Origin: the human T2T-CHM13v2.0 reference genome, Homo sapiens
DNA: 64,000 nt
Assembly: GCF_009914755.1 (NCBI RefSeq)
Contig: NC_060930.1
Direction: 5' to 3' (one strand)
This document shows, one piece after another, positions 14,869-29,944 of this stretch (positions are counted from its first letter, which is position 1; each line of letters opens with the position of its first letter). The translations under genes were made by a program, and so were the position numbers. The notes beneath the pieces were generated by a model, which worked only from the letters and a program-made list of their open reading frames with translations, had not been told where the DNA came from and did no database searches.

Positions 14869-15886
14869 ATAAGGAAAAACCAATGCCAAAAGGCTGAAAA
14901 TTCCAAAAACCAGAATGCCTCTTCTCCTCCAAAGGATCCCAACTCCTCACCAGCAAGGGAACAAAACTGGATGGAGAATGAGTTTGATGAATTGACAGAA
15001 GTAGGCCTCAGAAGGTGGGTAAAAACAAACTCCTCTGAGCTAAAGGAGCATGTTCTAACCCAATGCAAGGAAGCTAATAATCTTGAAAAAAGGTTAGAGG
15101 AATTGCTAACTAGAATAACCAGTTTAGAGAAGAACATAAATGACCTGATGGAGCTGAAAAGCACAGCACAAGAACTTAGTGAAGCATACACAAGTATCAA
15201 TAGCTGATCAAGCGGAAGAAAGGATATCAGAGATTGAAGATCAACTTAATGAAATAAAGCATGAAGACAAGATTAGAGAAAAAAGAATGAAAAGGAATGA
15301 ACAAAGCCTACAAGAAATATGGAACTTGTAAAAAGACCAAACCTACGTTTGATTGGTGTACCTGAAAGTGACGGGGAGAATGGAACCAAGTTGGAAAACA
15401 CTCTGCAGGATATTACCCAGGAGAACTTCCCCAACCTAGCAAGGCAGGCCAACATTCAAATTCAGGAAATACAGAGAACACCACAAAGATACTCCTCAAG
15501 GAGAGCAACCCCAAGACACATAATCGTCAGATTCACCAAGGTTGAATGAAGGAAAAAATATTAAGGGCAGCCAGAGAGAAAGGTCAAGTTACCCAGAAAG
15601 GGAACCCATTAGACTAAGAGTGGATCCCTCTGCAGAAACCCTACAAGCCAGAAAAGAGTGGGGACCAATATTCAACATTCTTAAAGAAAATAATTTTCAA
15701 CCCAGAATTTCATATCCAGCCAAACTAAGCTTCATAAGCAAAGGAGAAATAAAATCCTTTACAGACAAGCAAACGCTGAGAGATTTTGTCACCACCAGGC
15801 CTGCCTTACAAGAGCTCCTGAAGGAAGCACTAAATATGGAAAGGAACAACCAGTACCAGCCACTACAAAAACATACTAAATTCTAA
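14869..15886 (+). pseudogene. Disrupted L1 ORF1 of the L1PA7-like element
   Basis: Start codon reads ATA; fragments MENEFDELTEVGLRRWV, KRPNLRLIGVPESDGENG, SAETLQARKEWGPIFNILKENNFQPRISYPAKLSF; frameshifts and stops. Confidence 0.9.
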
Positions 15887-18605
15887 AGACCATTGACACT
15901 ATGAAGAAACTGCATCAACTAACATGCAAAGTAACCAGCTAGCATCATGATGACGGGATCAAATTCACACATAACAATATTAACCTTAAATGTAATGGGA
16001 TAAATGCCCCAGTTAAAAGACACAGACTGGCAAATTGGATAAAGAGTCAAGACCCATCAGTGTTCTGTATTCAGGAGACACATCTGACATGCAAAGACAC
16101 ACATAGGCTCAAAATAAAGGGATGGAGGAATATTTGCCAAGCAAATGGAAAGCAAAACAAAGCAGGGGTTGCAATCCTAGTCTCTGACAAAACAGACGTT
16201 AAACCAAAAAAAGAGCAAAAAAGACCACGAAGGACATGACATAATGGTAAAAGGACCAATGCAACAAGAAGAGCTAACTATCCTAAATATATATGCACCT
16301 AATACAGGAGCATCCAGATTCATAGAGCAAGTTCTTAGAGACCTACAGAAAGACTTAGTCTCCCACACAATAATAGTGGCAGACTTTAACACTACATTGT
16401 TCATATTAGACAGATCAATGAGACAGAAAATTAACAAGGATATTCAGGACTTGAACTCAGCTCTGGACCAACAAGACCTAATAGACATCTACAGAACGCT
16501 TCACCCCAAATCAAAATATACATTCTTCTCAACACCTCATCACACTTATTCTAAAACTGATGACATAATTGGAAGTAAAACACTCCTCAGCAAATGCAAA
16601 AGAACGGAAATCATAACAGTCTCTCAGACCACAGTGCAAGCAAATTAGAACTCAGGATTAAGAAACTCTCAAAACCACACAACTACATGGAAACTGAACA
16701 ACCTGCTCTTGAATGACTACTAGGTAAATAACATAATTAAGGCAGAAATAAATAAGTTCTTTGAAACCAATGAGAACGAAGACACAACATACCAGAATCT
16801 CTGGGACATATTTAAAGCAGTGTGTAAAGGGAAATTTATAGCACTAAATGCCCACATGAGGAAGTGAGAAAGATCTAAAATTGACACCCTAATATCACAA
16901 TTAAAAGAACTAGAGAAGCAAGAGCAAACAAATTCAAAAACTATCAGAAGACAAGAAATAACTAAGATCAGAGCAGAACTAAAGGAGATACAGACATGAA
17001 AAATCCTTAAAAAAAATCAATGAATTCAGGAGCTGGTTTTTTGAAAAGATTGACAAAGTAGATAGACCACTAGCCAGACTAATAAAGAAGAAAAGAAAGA
17101 AGAATCAAATAGACACAATAGAAAATGATAAGGAGGCTATCACCACTGATCCCACAGAAATACAAACTTCCATCAGACAATACTATAAATACCCCTACAC
17201 TAATATACTAGAAAATCTAGAAGAAATGGATGAGTTCCTGGACATGTAAACCCTCCCAAGTCTAAACCAGGAAGAAGTCGAATCCTTGAATAGGCCAATA
17301 ACAAGTTCTGAAATGGAGGCAGTAATTATTAGCTTAACACCAAAAAAAGCCCCAGAACAGATGGATTCACAGCCGAATTCTACCCAAGGTACAAAGAGGA
17401 GCTGGTACCATTCCTTCAGAAACTATTCCAAACAATAGAAAAAGAGAGACTCCTCCCTAACCCATTTTATGAGGCCAGCATCATCCTGATACCAAACCTG
17501 GCAGAGACAGAACAAAAGAAAGAAAATTTCAGACCAATATCCCTGATGAACATTGATGTGATAATCCTCAATAAAATACTGGCAAACAGAATCCAGCAAC
17601 ACATCAAAAAGCTTATCCACCATGATCAAGTTGGCTTCATCCCTGGGATGCAAGGCTGGTTCAACATACACAAATCAATAAAGGTAATCCATCACATAAA
17701 CAGAACCAATGACAAAAACCACATGCTTATCTCAGTAGAGGCAGAAAAGGCCTTCAATAAAATTCAACACCCCTTCATGATAAAAACTCTCAATAAACTA
17801 TTGATGGAACATATCTCAAAATAATAAGAGCTATTTATGACAAACCCACAGCCAGTATCACACTGAATGGGCAAAAGCTGGAAGTATTCCCTTTGAAAAC
17901 TGGCACAAGACAAGGATGACCTCTCTCACCACTCCTATTCAATATAGTATTGGAAGTTCTGGCCAGGGCAATCAGGCAAGAGAAGGAAATAAAGCGTATT
18001 CAAATAGGAAGAGAGGCAGTCCAATTGTCTCTGTTTGCAGATGACATGACTGTATATTTGCAAGAGATGTGAAGGACCTCTTCAAGGAGAACTACAAACC
18101 CCACCACTCAAGGAAATAAGAGAGGACACAAACAAATGGAAAAACATTCCATGCTCATGGATAGGAAGAATCAATATCATGAAAATGGCCATACTGCCCA
18201 AAGTAATTTATAGATTCAATGCTATTCCCATCAGCTAGCACTCACTTTCTTCACATATTAGAAAAAAACTTTTCTTGGCCCATATAGCCAAGACAATCCT
18301 AAGCAAAAAGAACAAAGCTGGAGGCATCATGCTACCTGACTTCAAACTATACTACAAGGCTACAGCAACCAAAACAGCATGGTACTGGTACCAAAACAGA
18401 TATATAGACCAATGGAACAGAACAGAGTCCTAAGAAATAACACCACACATCTACAACCATTTGATCTTTGACAAACCTGACAAAAACAAGCAATGGGGAA
18501 AGGATAATAAATGGTGTTGGAAAAACTGGCTAGCCATATGCAGAAAACTGAAACTGGACCCCTTCCTTACACCTTATACAAAAATTAACTCAAGATGGAT
18601 TAAAG

Positions 18606-19897
18606 CCTCTCCCTCTCCCTCTCCCCACGGTCTCCCTCTCCCTCTCTCTCCATGGTCTCCCTCTGATGCCGAGCCGAAGCTGGACTGTACTGCTGCCATC
18701 TCGGCTCACTGCAACCTCCCTGCCTGATTCTCCTGCCTCAGCCTGCTGAGTGCCTGGGATTGCAGGCGCACACTGCCACGCCTGACTGGTTTTTGTATTT
18801 TTTTGGTGGAGACGGGGTTTCGCTGTGTTGGCCGGGCTGGTCTCCAGCTCCTAACCATGAGTGATCTGCCAGCCTCGGCCTCCCGAGGTGCCGGGATTGC
18901 AGACGGAGTCTCGTTCACTCATTGCTCAATGTTGCCCAGGCTGGAGTGCAGTGGCGTGATCTCGGCTCGCTACAACCTCCACCTCCCAGCCGCCTGCCTT
19001 GGCCTCCCAAAGTGCCGAGATTAAAGCCTCGGCCCGGCCGCCACCCCGTCTGGGAAGTGAGGAGCGTCTCTGCCTGGACGCCCATCGTCTGGGATGTGAG
19101 GAGCCCCTCTGCCTGGCTGCCCAGTCTGGGAAGTGAGGAACGCCTCTTTCCGGCCGCCATCCTGTCTAGGAAGTGAGGAGGGTCTCTGCCCGGCCGCCCA
19201 TCGTCTGAGATGTGGGGAGCGCCTCTGCCCCGCCGCCCCATCTGGGATGTGAGGAGCGCCTCTGCCCAGCAGCCGCCCCATCTGAGAAGTGAGGAGCCCC
19301 TCCGCCCAGCAGCCGCCCCGTCTGGGAAGTGAAGAGCCCTTCTGCCCAGCCGCCACCCTGTCTGGGAGGTGTACCCAACAGCTCATTGAGAATAGGCCAT
19401 GATGATGATGGCGGTTTTGTCGAATAGAAAAGAGGGAAATGTGGGGAAAAGATAGAAAAATCAGATTGTTGCTGTGTCTGTGTAGAAAGAAGTAGACATA
19501 GGAGACTCCATTTTGTTCTGTACTAAGAAAAATTCTTCTGCCTTGGGATGCTGTTAATCTATAACCTTACCCCCAACCCCGTGCTCTCTGAAACATGTGC
19601 TGTGTCCACTCAGGGTTAAATGGATTAAGGGCAGTGCAAGATGTGCTTTGTTAAACAGATGCTTGAAGGCAGCATGCTCGTTAAGAGTCATCACCACTCC
19701 CTAATCTCAAGTACCCAGGGACACAAACACTGCGGAAGACCACAGGGTCCTCTGCCTAGGAAAACCAGAGACCCTTGTTCACTTGTTTATCTGCTGACCT
19801 TCCCTCCACTATTGTCCTATGACCCTGCCAAATCCCTCTCCGCGAGAAACACCCAAGAATGATCAATAAATACTAAAAAAAAAAAAAAAAAAAAAAA
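18606..19897 (+). mobile_element. SVA retrotransposon (older subfamily, SVA_B/C-like), ~1.3 kb
   Basis: Short (CCCTCT)n head, antisense Alu-like domain, GC-rich VNTR ~19040-19370, SINE-R ending gatcaataaatac plus polyA; perfect TSD aagatggattaaag 18592-18605 / 19898-19911. Confidence 0.95.
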
Positions 19898-20643
19898 AAG
19901 ATGGATTAAAGACTTAAACGTAAGACCTAAATCCATAAAAACCCCAGAAGAAAACTTAGGCAATACCATTAGGACATAGGCATGGGCAAAGACTTCATGA
20001 CCAAAACACCAAAAGCAATGGCAACAAAAGCCAAAATCGACAAATGGGATCTAATTAAACTAAAGAGCTTCTGCACAGCAAAAAAAAAAACCTATCATCA
20101 GAGTGAACAGGCAACCTACACAATGGGAGAAAATTTTTGCAGTTTATCCATCTGGCAAAGGGCTAATATCCAGAATCTCCAAAGAACTTAAACAAATTTA
20201 CAAGAAAAAAACAACCCCATCAAAAAGTGGGTGAAGGATATGAACAGACATGTCTCAAAAGAAGGCATTTATGTGGCCAACAATGATAAGAACAAAAGTT
20301 CATCATCACTGGTCATTGGAAAAATGCAAATCAAAACCACAACGATAGTACCATCTCACGCCAGTTTGAATGGTGATCATTAAAAAGTCAGGAAACAACA
20401 GATGCTGGAGAGGATGTAGAGAAATAGGAATGGTTTTACACCATTGGTGGGAGTGTAAATTAGTTCAACCATTGTGAAAGACAGTGTGGCGATTCCTCAA
20501 GGATCTAGAACCAGATATACCATTTGACATAGCAGTCCCATTACTGGGTATATACCCAAAGGATTAGAAATCATTCTACTATAAAGACACATGCACACGT
20601 ATGTTTATTGCGCACAGTTGACAATAGCAAAGACTTGGAACTA

Positions 20644-21045
<402 letters not shown>

Positions 21046-21876
21046 TCATGTCCTTTGTAGGGACATGGATGCAGCTGTAAACCATCATTCTGAGCAAACT
21101 ATCACAAGGACAGAAAACCAAACACTACATGTTCTCACTCATAGGTGGGAATTGAACAATGAGAACACATGGACACAAGGAGTGGAACATCACACACTGG
21201 GGCTTGTTGGGGGGTTGGGGGTTAGGGGAGGGATAGCATTAGGAGAAATACGTAATGTGGATGACAGGTTAATGGGTGTAGCAAATCACCATGGCATGTT
21301 TATACCTATGTTAACAAACCTGCCCATTCTGCACATGTATTCTAGAACCTAAAGTATAATAATAATTAAAAAAACAAATTCATGCAATATAATAGCAAAA
21401 AGAAAACATAATTATAATCTGATTTAAAATTGGGCCATGGACCTGACTAAACAGATATTTTTCCATGGAGTACATTAAAATTGGCAAAGTGTGTATGAAA
21501 ACATGCTTAACACCGCTATGTTTTAGGGAAATGCAAATTGAAACCACAGTGAGCTATCACATCACATCTGTTAGGACAGCTGTTAGAAAAAAAGATCATT
21601 TTTGTGAGGATGTGGACAAACCCTTGTACATCATTGAGTATGTAAATTGGCACTGCCATTATATAAAACAATATGGAGGCTCCTCAAAAAATTAAAAATA
21701 GAACTGCCATATGATCCAACAATTTCATTTCTGAGTATATATCAAAAGACATAAAATCAGTATCTCAAAGGGATATTGGTACTCCTATGTTCAGTGCAGC
21801 ATTATTTTCATTAGTCAAGAAATGGAAACCATCTGTCCTACAACAGATGAATGGATAAAGAAAATATAGTGTCGTA

Positions 21877-21992
21877 TTAGCTGGGTGTGGTGACTTGTGC
21901 CTGTAACCCCAGCTACTCAGAACATTGAAGCAGAAAGATCACTTGAGGTCAGGAGTTTGAGATTAGGTGTTTGAGACCCCTATCTCAAAATA
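21877..21992 (+). mobile_element. Diverged Alu monomer (FLAM/FRAM-like)
   Basis: agctgggtgtggtgacttgtgcctgtaaccccagctactc...gatcacttgaggtcaggagtttgag. Confidence 0.7.
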
Positions 21993-22002
21993 TAAACAGA
22001 AA

Positions 22003-22090
22003 GAAGGGAAGGGGAGGGGAGGGGAAGCGAGGGGAGGGGAGGTGAGGGGAGGGGAGGCAAGGGGAGGGGAGGGGAGGGGAGGGGAGGGGG
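22003..22090 (+). repeat. (GGGGA)n purine-rich repeat
   Basis: ggggagggga iterated with a few variant units. Confidence 0.92.
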
Positions 22091-22147
22091 AAACATGGTA
22101 TATGGACACAATGAAATATTATTCAGCCATTAAAAAAAAAGGTGATT

Positions 22148-22434
22148 GGCTGGGCACAGTGGCCTATGCCTATAATCCCAGCACTTTGGGAGGCTGAGGA
22201 TCACTTGAGGTCAGGAGTTCGAGAACAGCCTGGCCAACGTGGTGAAACTCCGTCTCTACTAAAAATACAAAAGTTAGCTGGGCGTGGTGATGGGCGCCTG
22301 TAATCCCAGCTACCTGGGAGGCTGGGAGAATCACTTGAACCTGGGAGGAAGAGGTTGCAGTGAGCTGATATCAGGCCACTGTACTTCAGTCTGGGCAATA
22401 GAGTGAGACTCTATCTTATTTAAAAAAAAAAAAA
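22148..22434 (+). mobile_element. AluS with small deletions
   Basis: Dimeric Alu; TSD-like aaaaaggtgat / aaaaaggagat. Confidence 0.9.
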
Positions 22435-25400
22435 GGAGATCATTTTATTTGCCACAACATGAATAGACGTGGAACACTTTATGCTAAGTGAAATAAGCCA
22501 GACACAAAAAGGCAAATATTGCATGGTTTTATTTTTGTAGCGTCTAAAAAAAGTCAAACTCATAATAATAGAGGACAGAATGGTGGTTATCAGAGGTTAT
22601 GGGTAAGGGAAGAAGAAGAGATGTTGGTCAAAGAATATAAACTTCCAGTTACAAGTTAAATGAGTTTGAGAGTCCTAATGTACAAGATGGTGACTATAGT
22701 AAATGTATTGTACACTTGTAATTTGCTAAGAAAGTAAACCTCACGTTATTACCACACACCACTCAAATATAAGGTGATGTGCATATTAATTCACTTGATT
22801 GTGTTAATCATTTCACAATGTATAGATATACAAAACATCATGTTGCACACTTAAATAGGTACAATTTTTCTTCATCAATCATACCCCAATAAAGCTTGGG
22901 GGGAAAAGACTAGATTTCAGAATGACATCAGCAAGATGGCCAAATAGTAGATCCCATGGCATCACTTGCCCCATGAACATACAGCTAGAAACTATTCAAG
23001 GAAAAGAATACCACCCTGAATTCACCAGAACTCCAAAGAGAAGCAGAGAAACATCTTGATCCCACAGAAACAGGAGTAACCATGACCAATAAGATAAACC
23101 ATCATTTTGGATTATGCCAATCCCTTCTCCAAACCAGCATAATGTGACTCACAGATAATCATCCTAAGCCCATGATTTTTGAGGTGAGTGGAGGGATTGG
23201 GAGGTGAACATTTTATCTCTCCAATGGTCGGAAATCTTTTCAGGGAGCCCACTCTGGTCCCATCTTGCAGGAGTCATTATGAGGCCCAGCAGAGCTGAAC
23301 AAACCAGGGTGAATTGGGAACAAAGAGTGAGGTGATGATTGCAGTGACTGGTACGCAGAACTCATTTGGCTACTCTGTGCACTGATTAGTGGCAATGCCA
23401 CATTGAAGACACTTCCAGATGCCACATTCCTGCATGGAGCACTATCTGCGGCAAGGCCCAAATCCCTGGCTGAAGTTTTTACAAAGCCCAGGTGCTCATG
23501 TGGAGCCTTCCTTTGGCCTGCAAAAAACTAAAGGCTTGTTATTAACTTCTGGTGTCTGCTTAAGTTTTCCCTATAGTGAGAAACATTGAAAGGGCCGTGG
23601 TTTAGTTTCAAAGCAGCATTTAAGTTCCACTGTTCATTATAAGTCTTCCTCAGACCAAGAAACAATAGCAGGGCAACACAATAGCTGCAGTGCAGTGTTT
23701 TAGTTCCAGTGCTCATTGTAAGTCCTCTCCAGATGATAAGAATCCACAGGTCAGCATTTAAGTCCTGATACTAAGTAGTAAAGGTCTAACACAACTAAAA
23801 AACACCTGCAAAAACTAGAAGAGGTGACTGTCTTCTCAAATGTGCAGGCATCAGTGTAAAGACACAAGGACAGTGAAAGTTCAAGGAAATAGAACACTAT
23901 CAAAAGAAACCAAAGCTCCAGCAATGGACCCAAAAGAATTTAAGATCTATGAAATTTCAGGCAGAGAATTCAATATAATTATCTTAAAGAAGTTCAGGGA
24001 ATCACAAGAAAATATGGATGGGAAACTAAATGAAATTTGGAAAACAATCCAGGAACAAAATGAGAAAATAGACAAAGAAGAAGAAACAATAAAAAGAAGT
24101 TCTAGAAATAAAGAATACAATAAGTGAACTGACAACTTATTAGAGAGCTTCAATAGCTGACTTGATCAAATAGAAGAAAAAATTAGTGAGCTTGAAGATA
24201 GAACATATGATATTATTACCCAATCAGAGGAGTGAAAAGAAAAAAAATTTTAAAAAGGTGAAGACACTTATGATAATTATAGGATGCCATCAAGAGAACT
24301 AACCACAGCATAACAGAATTTCTGAAGGAGATGAGAGAAAAAACAGCCTAGAATGCATATTTAAGGAAGAAATGGCTGAAAATTACCCAAATTTAGAGAA
24401 AGACATCATGAGATGCAGGAAGCTCAGAAATCACCAACAAATTTAACCCAAAGAGGAAATTGCCAATGCACATCATAATCAAATTAGCAAGAATCAAAGA
24501 CAAAGAAAGAATTACTCAAAGCAACAAGAGAAAATAAACATTACACATTCAATGGAGCCCCAATATGGCTGTCAGTGGATTCTCTCAGTTTCTCTCAGGA
24601 GAAACTGCAAGCCTGGAGAGTGGGATGCCTTATTTAAAGTGCTGAAAGAAAAAATACTCTGCCAATGAAGAATACTAACCCACCAAATGAATCCTTCAAA
24701 CATGAAAGAGAGAGAAAAACTTTCCCAGACAAAAGCTGATGGAATTTGTCAATACCAGACCTGTCTGACAAAAAATGCTAAAGGGAGTTCTTCAATCAGG
24801 AAGAGATGAATGCTAACATTTATCTATAATTTTCTATAACAAGAAAACATTGGAAAGTATTAAACTCACTGGCAAAAGAAAGAAAACAAATTCAGAATAC
24901 TGTAATACTATGACTGAGATAAGTAAAACACTTATTAATATAAGTATGAAGACTAAAAGACAAAACAAATAAAAACAATAAGTTTAAGAATTGGTTAAGA
25001 GATAGAAAATATTAAAAAATGTAAATAGAACCATCAAAAAGTCCAAATGACGGGGGCGTTTAAAGAGTAGGCTTTGTTTTTGTTACTTTTCTTTGTGATC
25101 AAAGTTAAGCTGTTATCAGTTAAAATAATCTGTTATAACTATAATACATTTTGGTAAACCTTATGATAACCACAAAGAAAAAACCTATAATACATATATG
25201 AGAATAAATAGCTCGGAATCAAAACATACTACCAGACAAAATCGCTTAACCACAAAAGACATCCAGAAAGGAAAAAGAAGGAAGAATCTATAAAACATCT
25301 AGAAAACAAGAAAAAGGCATTAATAAACCATTACATATCAATAATAATTTTGAATATAAATATATTATATTAAATTATTCAATTAAAGGATAGAGTGGCT

Positions 25401-26610
25401 AAATGGATAAAAAAATAAGATCCAACTATATGCTGTCTACAAGAAACTCACTTCACCTATAAAGATACGCACAGACTGAAAGCGAAGTGATGGAAAAAGA
25501 TATTCCATAGAAATGGAATCCAAAAGAGAAGGAGTAGTTATACTTGGGAAAAATAGACTTTAATTCAGGAATAGTTTTAAAAAAAAGACAAAGAAGGACA
25601 TTATATAATGACTAATGGGTCATTCAAGCAAGAGGTATAATAATCACAAATATATATGCACTCAATACTGAAGCACCCAAATATATAAAACTAATGTTAA
25701 TAGAACTAAAAGGAGAGATTGCCTACAATACCATAATAGTAGGAGACCTCAGCACTCCACATTCAGCAATGGACCAATCATCCAGACAGAAAATTTACAA
25801 GAAAAATGAGTCAGACTGCACTGTAGACCAAATAGACCAAAAAGACATTTGCAGGATTTTTCATGCAGCAACTTCAGAATATATATGCTTTTTCAACAGC
25901 ACATGAAACATTCTCCAAAAAATACTACATGATAGGTCACAAAACAAATGTTAACAAATTTTTAAGTGGTGGCCAAGATGGCTGACTAGAAGAAGCTAGT
26001 GTGCATGGCTCTCATGGAGAGGAAAGGAAGAAGCAAGTAAATACAGCATCTTCAACTGAAACACCCAGGTACATGCATTGAGACTAATCAAGGAAACATC
26101 TTGACCCATGGAGAATGGGGAAAAGTAAGGCAGGAAGACAGCCCACTTGGGAGTGACACAGAACCAGGGAAACCTCCCTGACCCAGGGGAAGAGGTGAGT
26201 AAATGTGCCACCCCAGGAACCTACGTTTCTCCCACAGATCTGTGTGACTCTTGGGTCATGATATCCCCCTGTGAACCCATTCCACCAGGGCCTTCAGTCT
26301 GACACACAGAGCTATGTGGAGCCTCAGCAGAGCAACTGCTCAGACACATGTGGAGATCTATGAGCCTTAGACACCCAGGCTTTCTGAGCTTCTCAGCAAA
26401 AGTAGCTGCAACTGTGGCAAAGCAGGAGGCTAGACTCCCATATATACCCCTAGGAAAGGGGCTAAATCTAGGGTGCTGAGCAGCAACAGTCTACAGGCCC
26501 CACTTTCATGACACCTCACAGGATAAGACCCACTGGCTTGGAATTCCAGCTAGCCTCTGGTAATAGCATTACACCTCCCTGAGATAGAGCTCTCAGGGGA
26601 AGGGGTGTGT

Positions 26611-27760
<1,150 letters not shown>

Positions 27761-27870
27761 GCAGACTTCACTGTTGATACCTCCAGATACTGGAAAATAT
27801 GAGGTAACTAGGGACTGGAGCAGGCCCTCCACATACCATAGCAGTCTTACAGAATAGTGGCCAGACTCTT

Positions 27871-27984
27871 TTTTTTTTTGAGACGGAGTCTCGCTCTGTC
27901 GCCCAGGCTGGACTGTGGACTGCAGTGGCGCAATCTCAGCTCACTGCAAGCTCCGCTTCCTGGGTTCACGCCATTCTCCTGCCT
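27871..27984 (-). mobile_element. 5'-truncated AluYb8-type fragment, antisense
   Basis: 7 bp Yb duplication (ggactgt ggactgc), plus gcaatc and ccgcttcc diagnostics; perfect 21 bp flanking repeat cagaatagtggccagactctt 27850-27870 / 27985-28005. Confidence 0.85.
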
Positions 27985-28885
27985 CAGAATAGTGGCCAGA
28001 CTCTTATGTGGGTGCTTGTTTCCATATCTCCTCACCAAGCACATCTTCCAGGCCTGGGCCTCCAGCCACTCCCCACCAGAGCTATCAAGCCAGTAGCAGC
28101 TCTGCAACTCCTTGGACAGAGCCCCCAGGTGCAACTGAAAGCCTCTCTGCCACTGCATCTGCAGTGGAATTTCCCTTGCTATCCTTGGACTAACAAAGGA
28201 ACAAAGACCTTAAGTGCCTTATTCATACCTCCAACAAGCTACAGTCAACCCAAGTGGAGGAGGCCAGTGTCTCTCCCATGGGTCCTCCTGCATCCCCCCA
28301 CCCCCTGCCAACACTCATCACCAGACAGGGAAACTCCAGCTTTGGCCCACAGCACAGACCCTCCATCCTCCATCCTGGGCTGATTGCACTGAGTGATCTC
28401 TTTGGGGTGGAGCCCCCAGGAGACAAACAAAAGACCCTTGGCCACAACCACTACTAAGGTCCCTTCCTCTGATGCCTCCAAGTTGGGGGAAGGAACATAA
28501 ACACTGAGATCACCCCAGAGCTGCAGTGGGAGTCCAGGAGTGCCATGCCATGATCTACAGCCAGCACTCAAGGGAAAGAGGAACCCACAATTTCAGAGCA
28601 TTGAGGGGGAACATGGCTAAAACTTTGAGGAAACATAGAGGAGTCACACAACCGAGAAGGTCTACCAAATGACCAGTATACCTAATACCATGTACTGGAT
28701 CACATCCCAAAACTTCAACACCAAAAATACCTCACTAACATGCCCCCTCCTTGAAACCAAAAGTAGGAAGTCAGCTTCAAATAAAGACCCTGCACAGAGC
28801 ATCAGCCCTGTTAAAACATCCAGAAAAGAGCTTTATTGACTGTAGTCAATCTACACTGCAGTTAAAGAAACACCCACACAAAGAC

Positions 28886-29883
28886 ATGAGAAAGAACCAA
28901 CACAAGAACTCCAGTCACTCAAATGGCCAGAAGGTCATAGGTCCTCCAAATGACTACACCAGTTCTCCAACAAGAGGTCTTAACCAAGCTGAGCTGCGTG
29001 AAATGACAGAAATATAATTCAGAATATGGATAAGAAAGATCATTGAGATTCAGGAGAATGACAAAACCCAATCCAAGGAAACTAAGAACCATAATAAAAT
29101 GATGCAGGAGCTCAAGGACAAAATAACCAGTATAAAAAAGAACCTAACAGATCTGACAGAGCTGAATAACACAATACCAAAATTTCAAGATGCAGTCATG
29201 AGTATTAACAGCAGAACAAACCAAGCTGTGGAAAGAATCTCAGAATTTGAAGACTGGCTCTCTGAAATAAGACAGTCAGACAAAAATAAAGAAAAAGGAA
29301 TGAACAAAACCTCCATGAGGCATGGGATTGTGTAAAGAGGCCAAGTCTATGAATCACTGGCATCCCTGAAAGGCAGTGGGAGAAAACAAACAACTTGGAG
29401 AACATTTCAGGACATCATCAATAAAAACTTCCCCAACTTTGCTGCAGAGCCAAGAATCAAATTCAGGAAATACAAACAACTTCTGCAAGATTCTACACAA
29501 GAAGATCATCCCCAAGACACACAATCATCAGATTTTCCAAGGTCAAAATGAAAGAAAGAATATTAAAAGGAACTGGAGAGAAAGGGCAGGTCACCTACAA
29601 AGGGAACCCCATCAGGCTAACAGTGGACCTCTCCACTGAAACCCTACATGGGAGAAGAGACTGGGGGCCTATATTCAACATTCTTTAAGAAAAAATTCTT
29701 CAACCAAGAATTTCATATTCTGTCAAACTAAGCTTCCTAAAAAAATGAGAAATGAAATCCTTTTCAGATAAGCAAATGTTGAGGGCATTCATTATGACCA
29801 AACCTGCCTTACAGGAGCTCTTGAAAGGAGCACTAAATATAGAAAGGAAAGACCACTACCAGCTAATACAAAAACACACTTAA
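28886..29883 (+). pseudogene. Disrupted L1 ORF1 of the L1PA13-like element
   Basis: atgagaaagaaccaacacaag; MMQELKDKITSIKKNLTDLTEL coiled-coil fragment. Confidence 0.8.
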
Positions 29884-29944
29884 ATACACAGATTAGTGAC
29901 ACTATAAAGCAACTACACAAAAAGCACAATAACGAGCTAACAAC

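Noticed and set aside
18461-19386. Cluster of overlapping GC-rich ORFs, including an L1-SVA fusion ORF
   Set aside because: Stop-poor SVA Alu-like/VNTR sequence; no sign of a real gene
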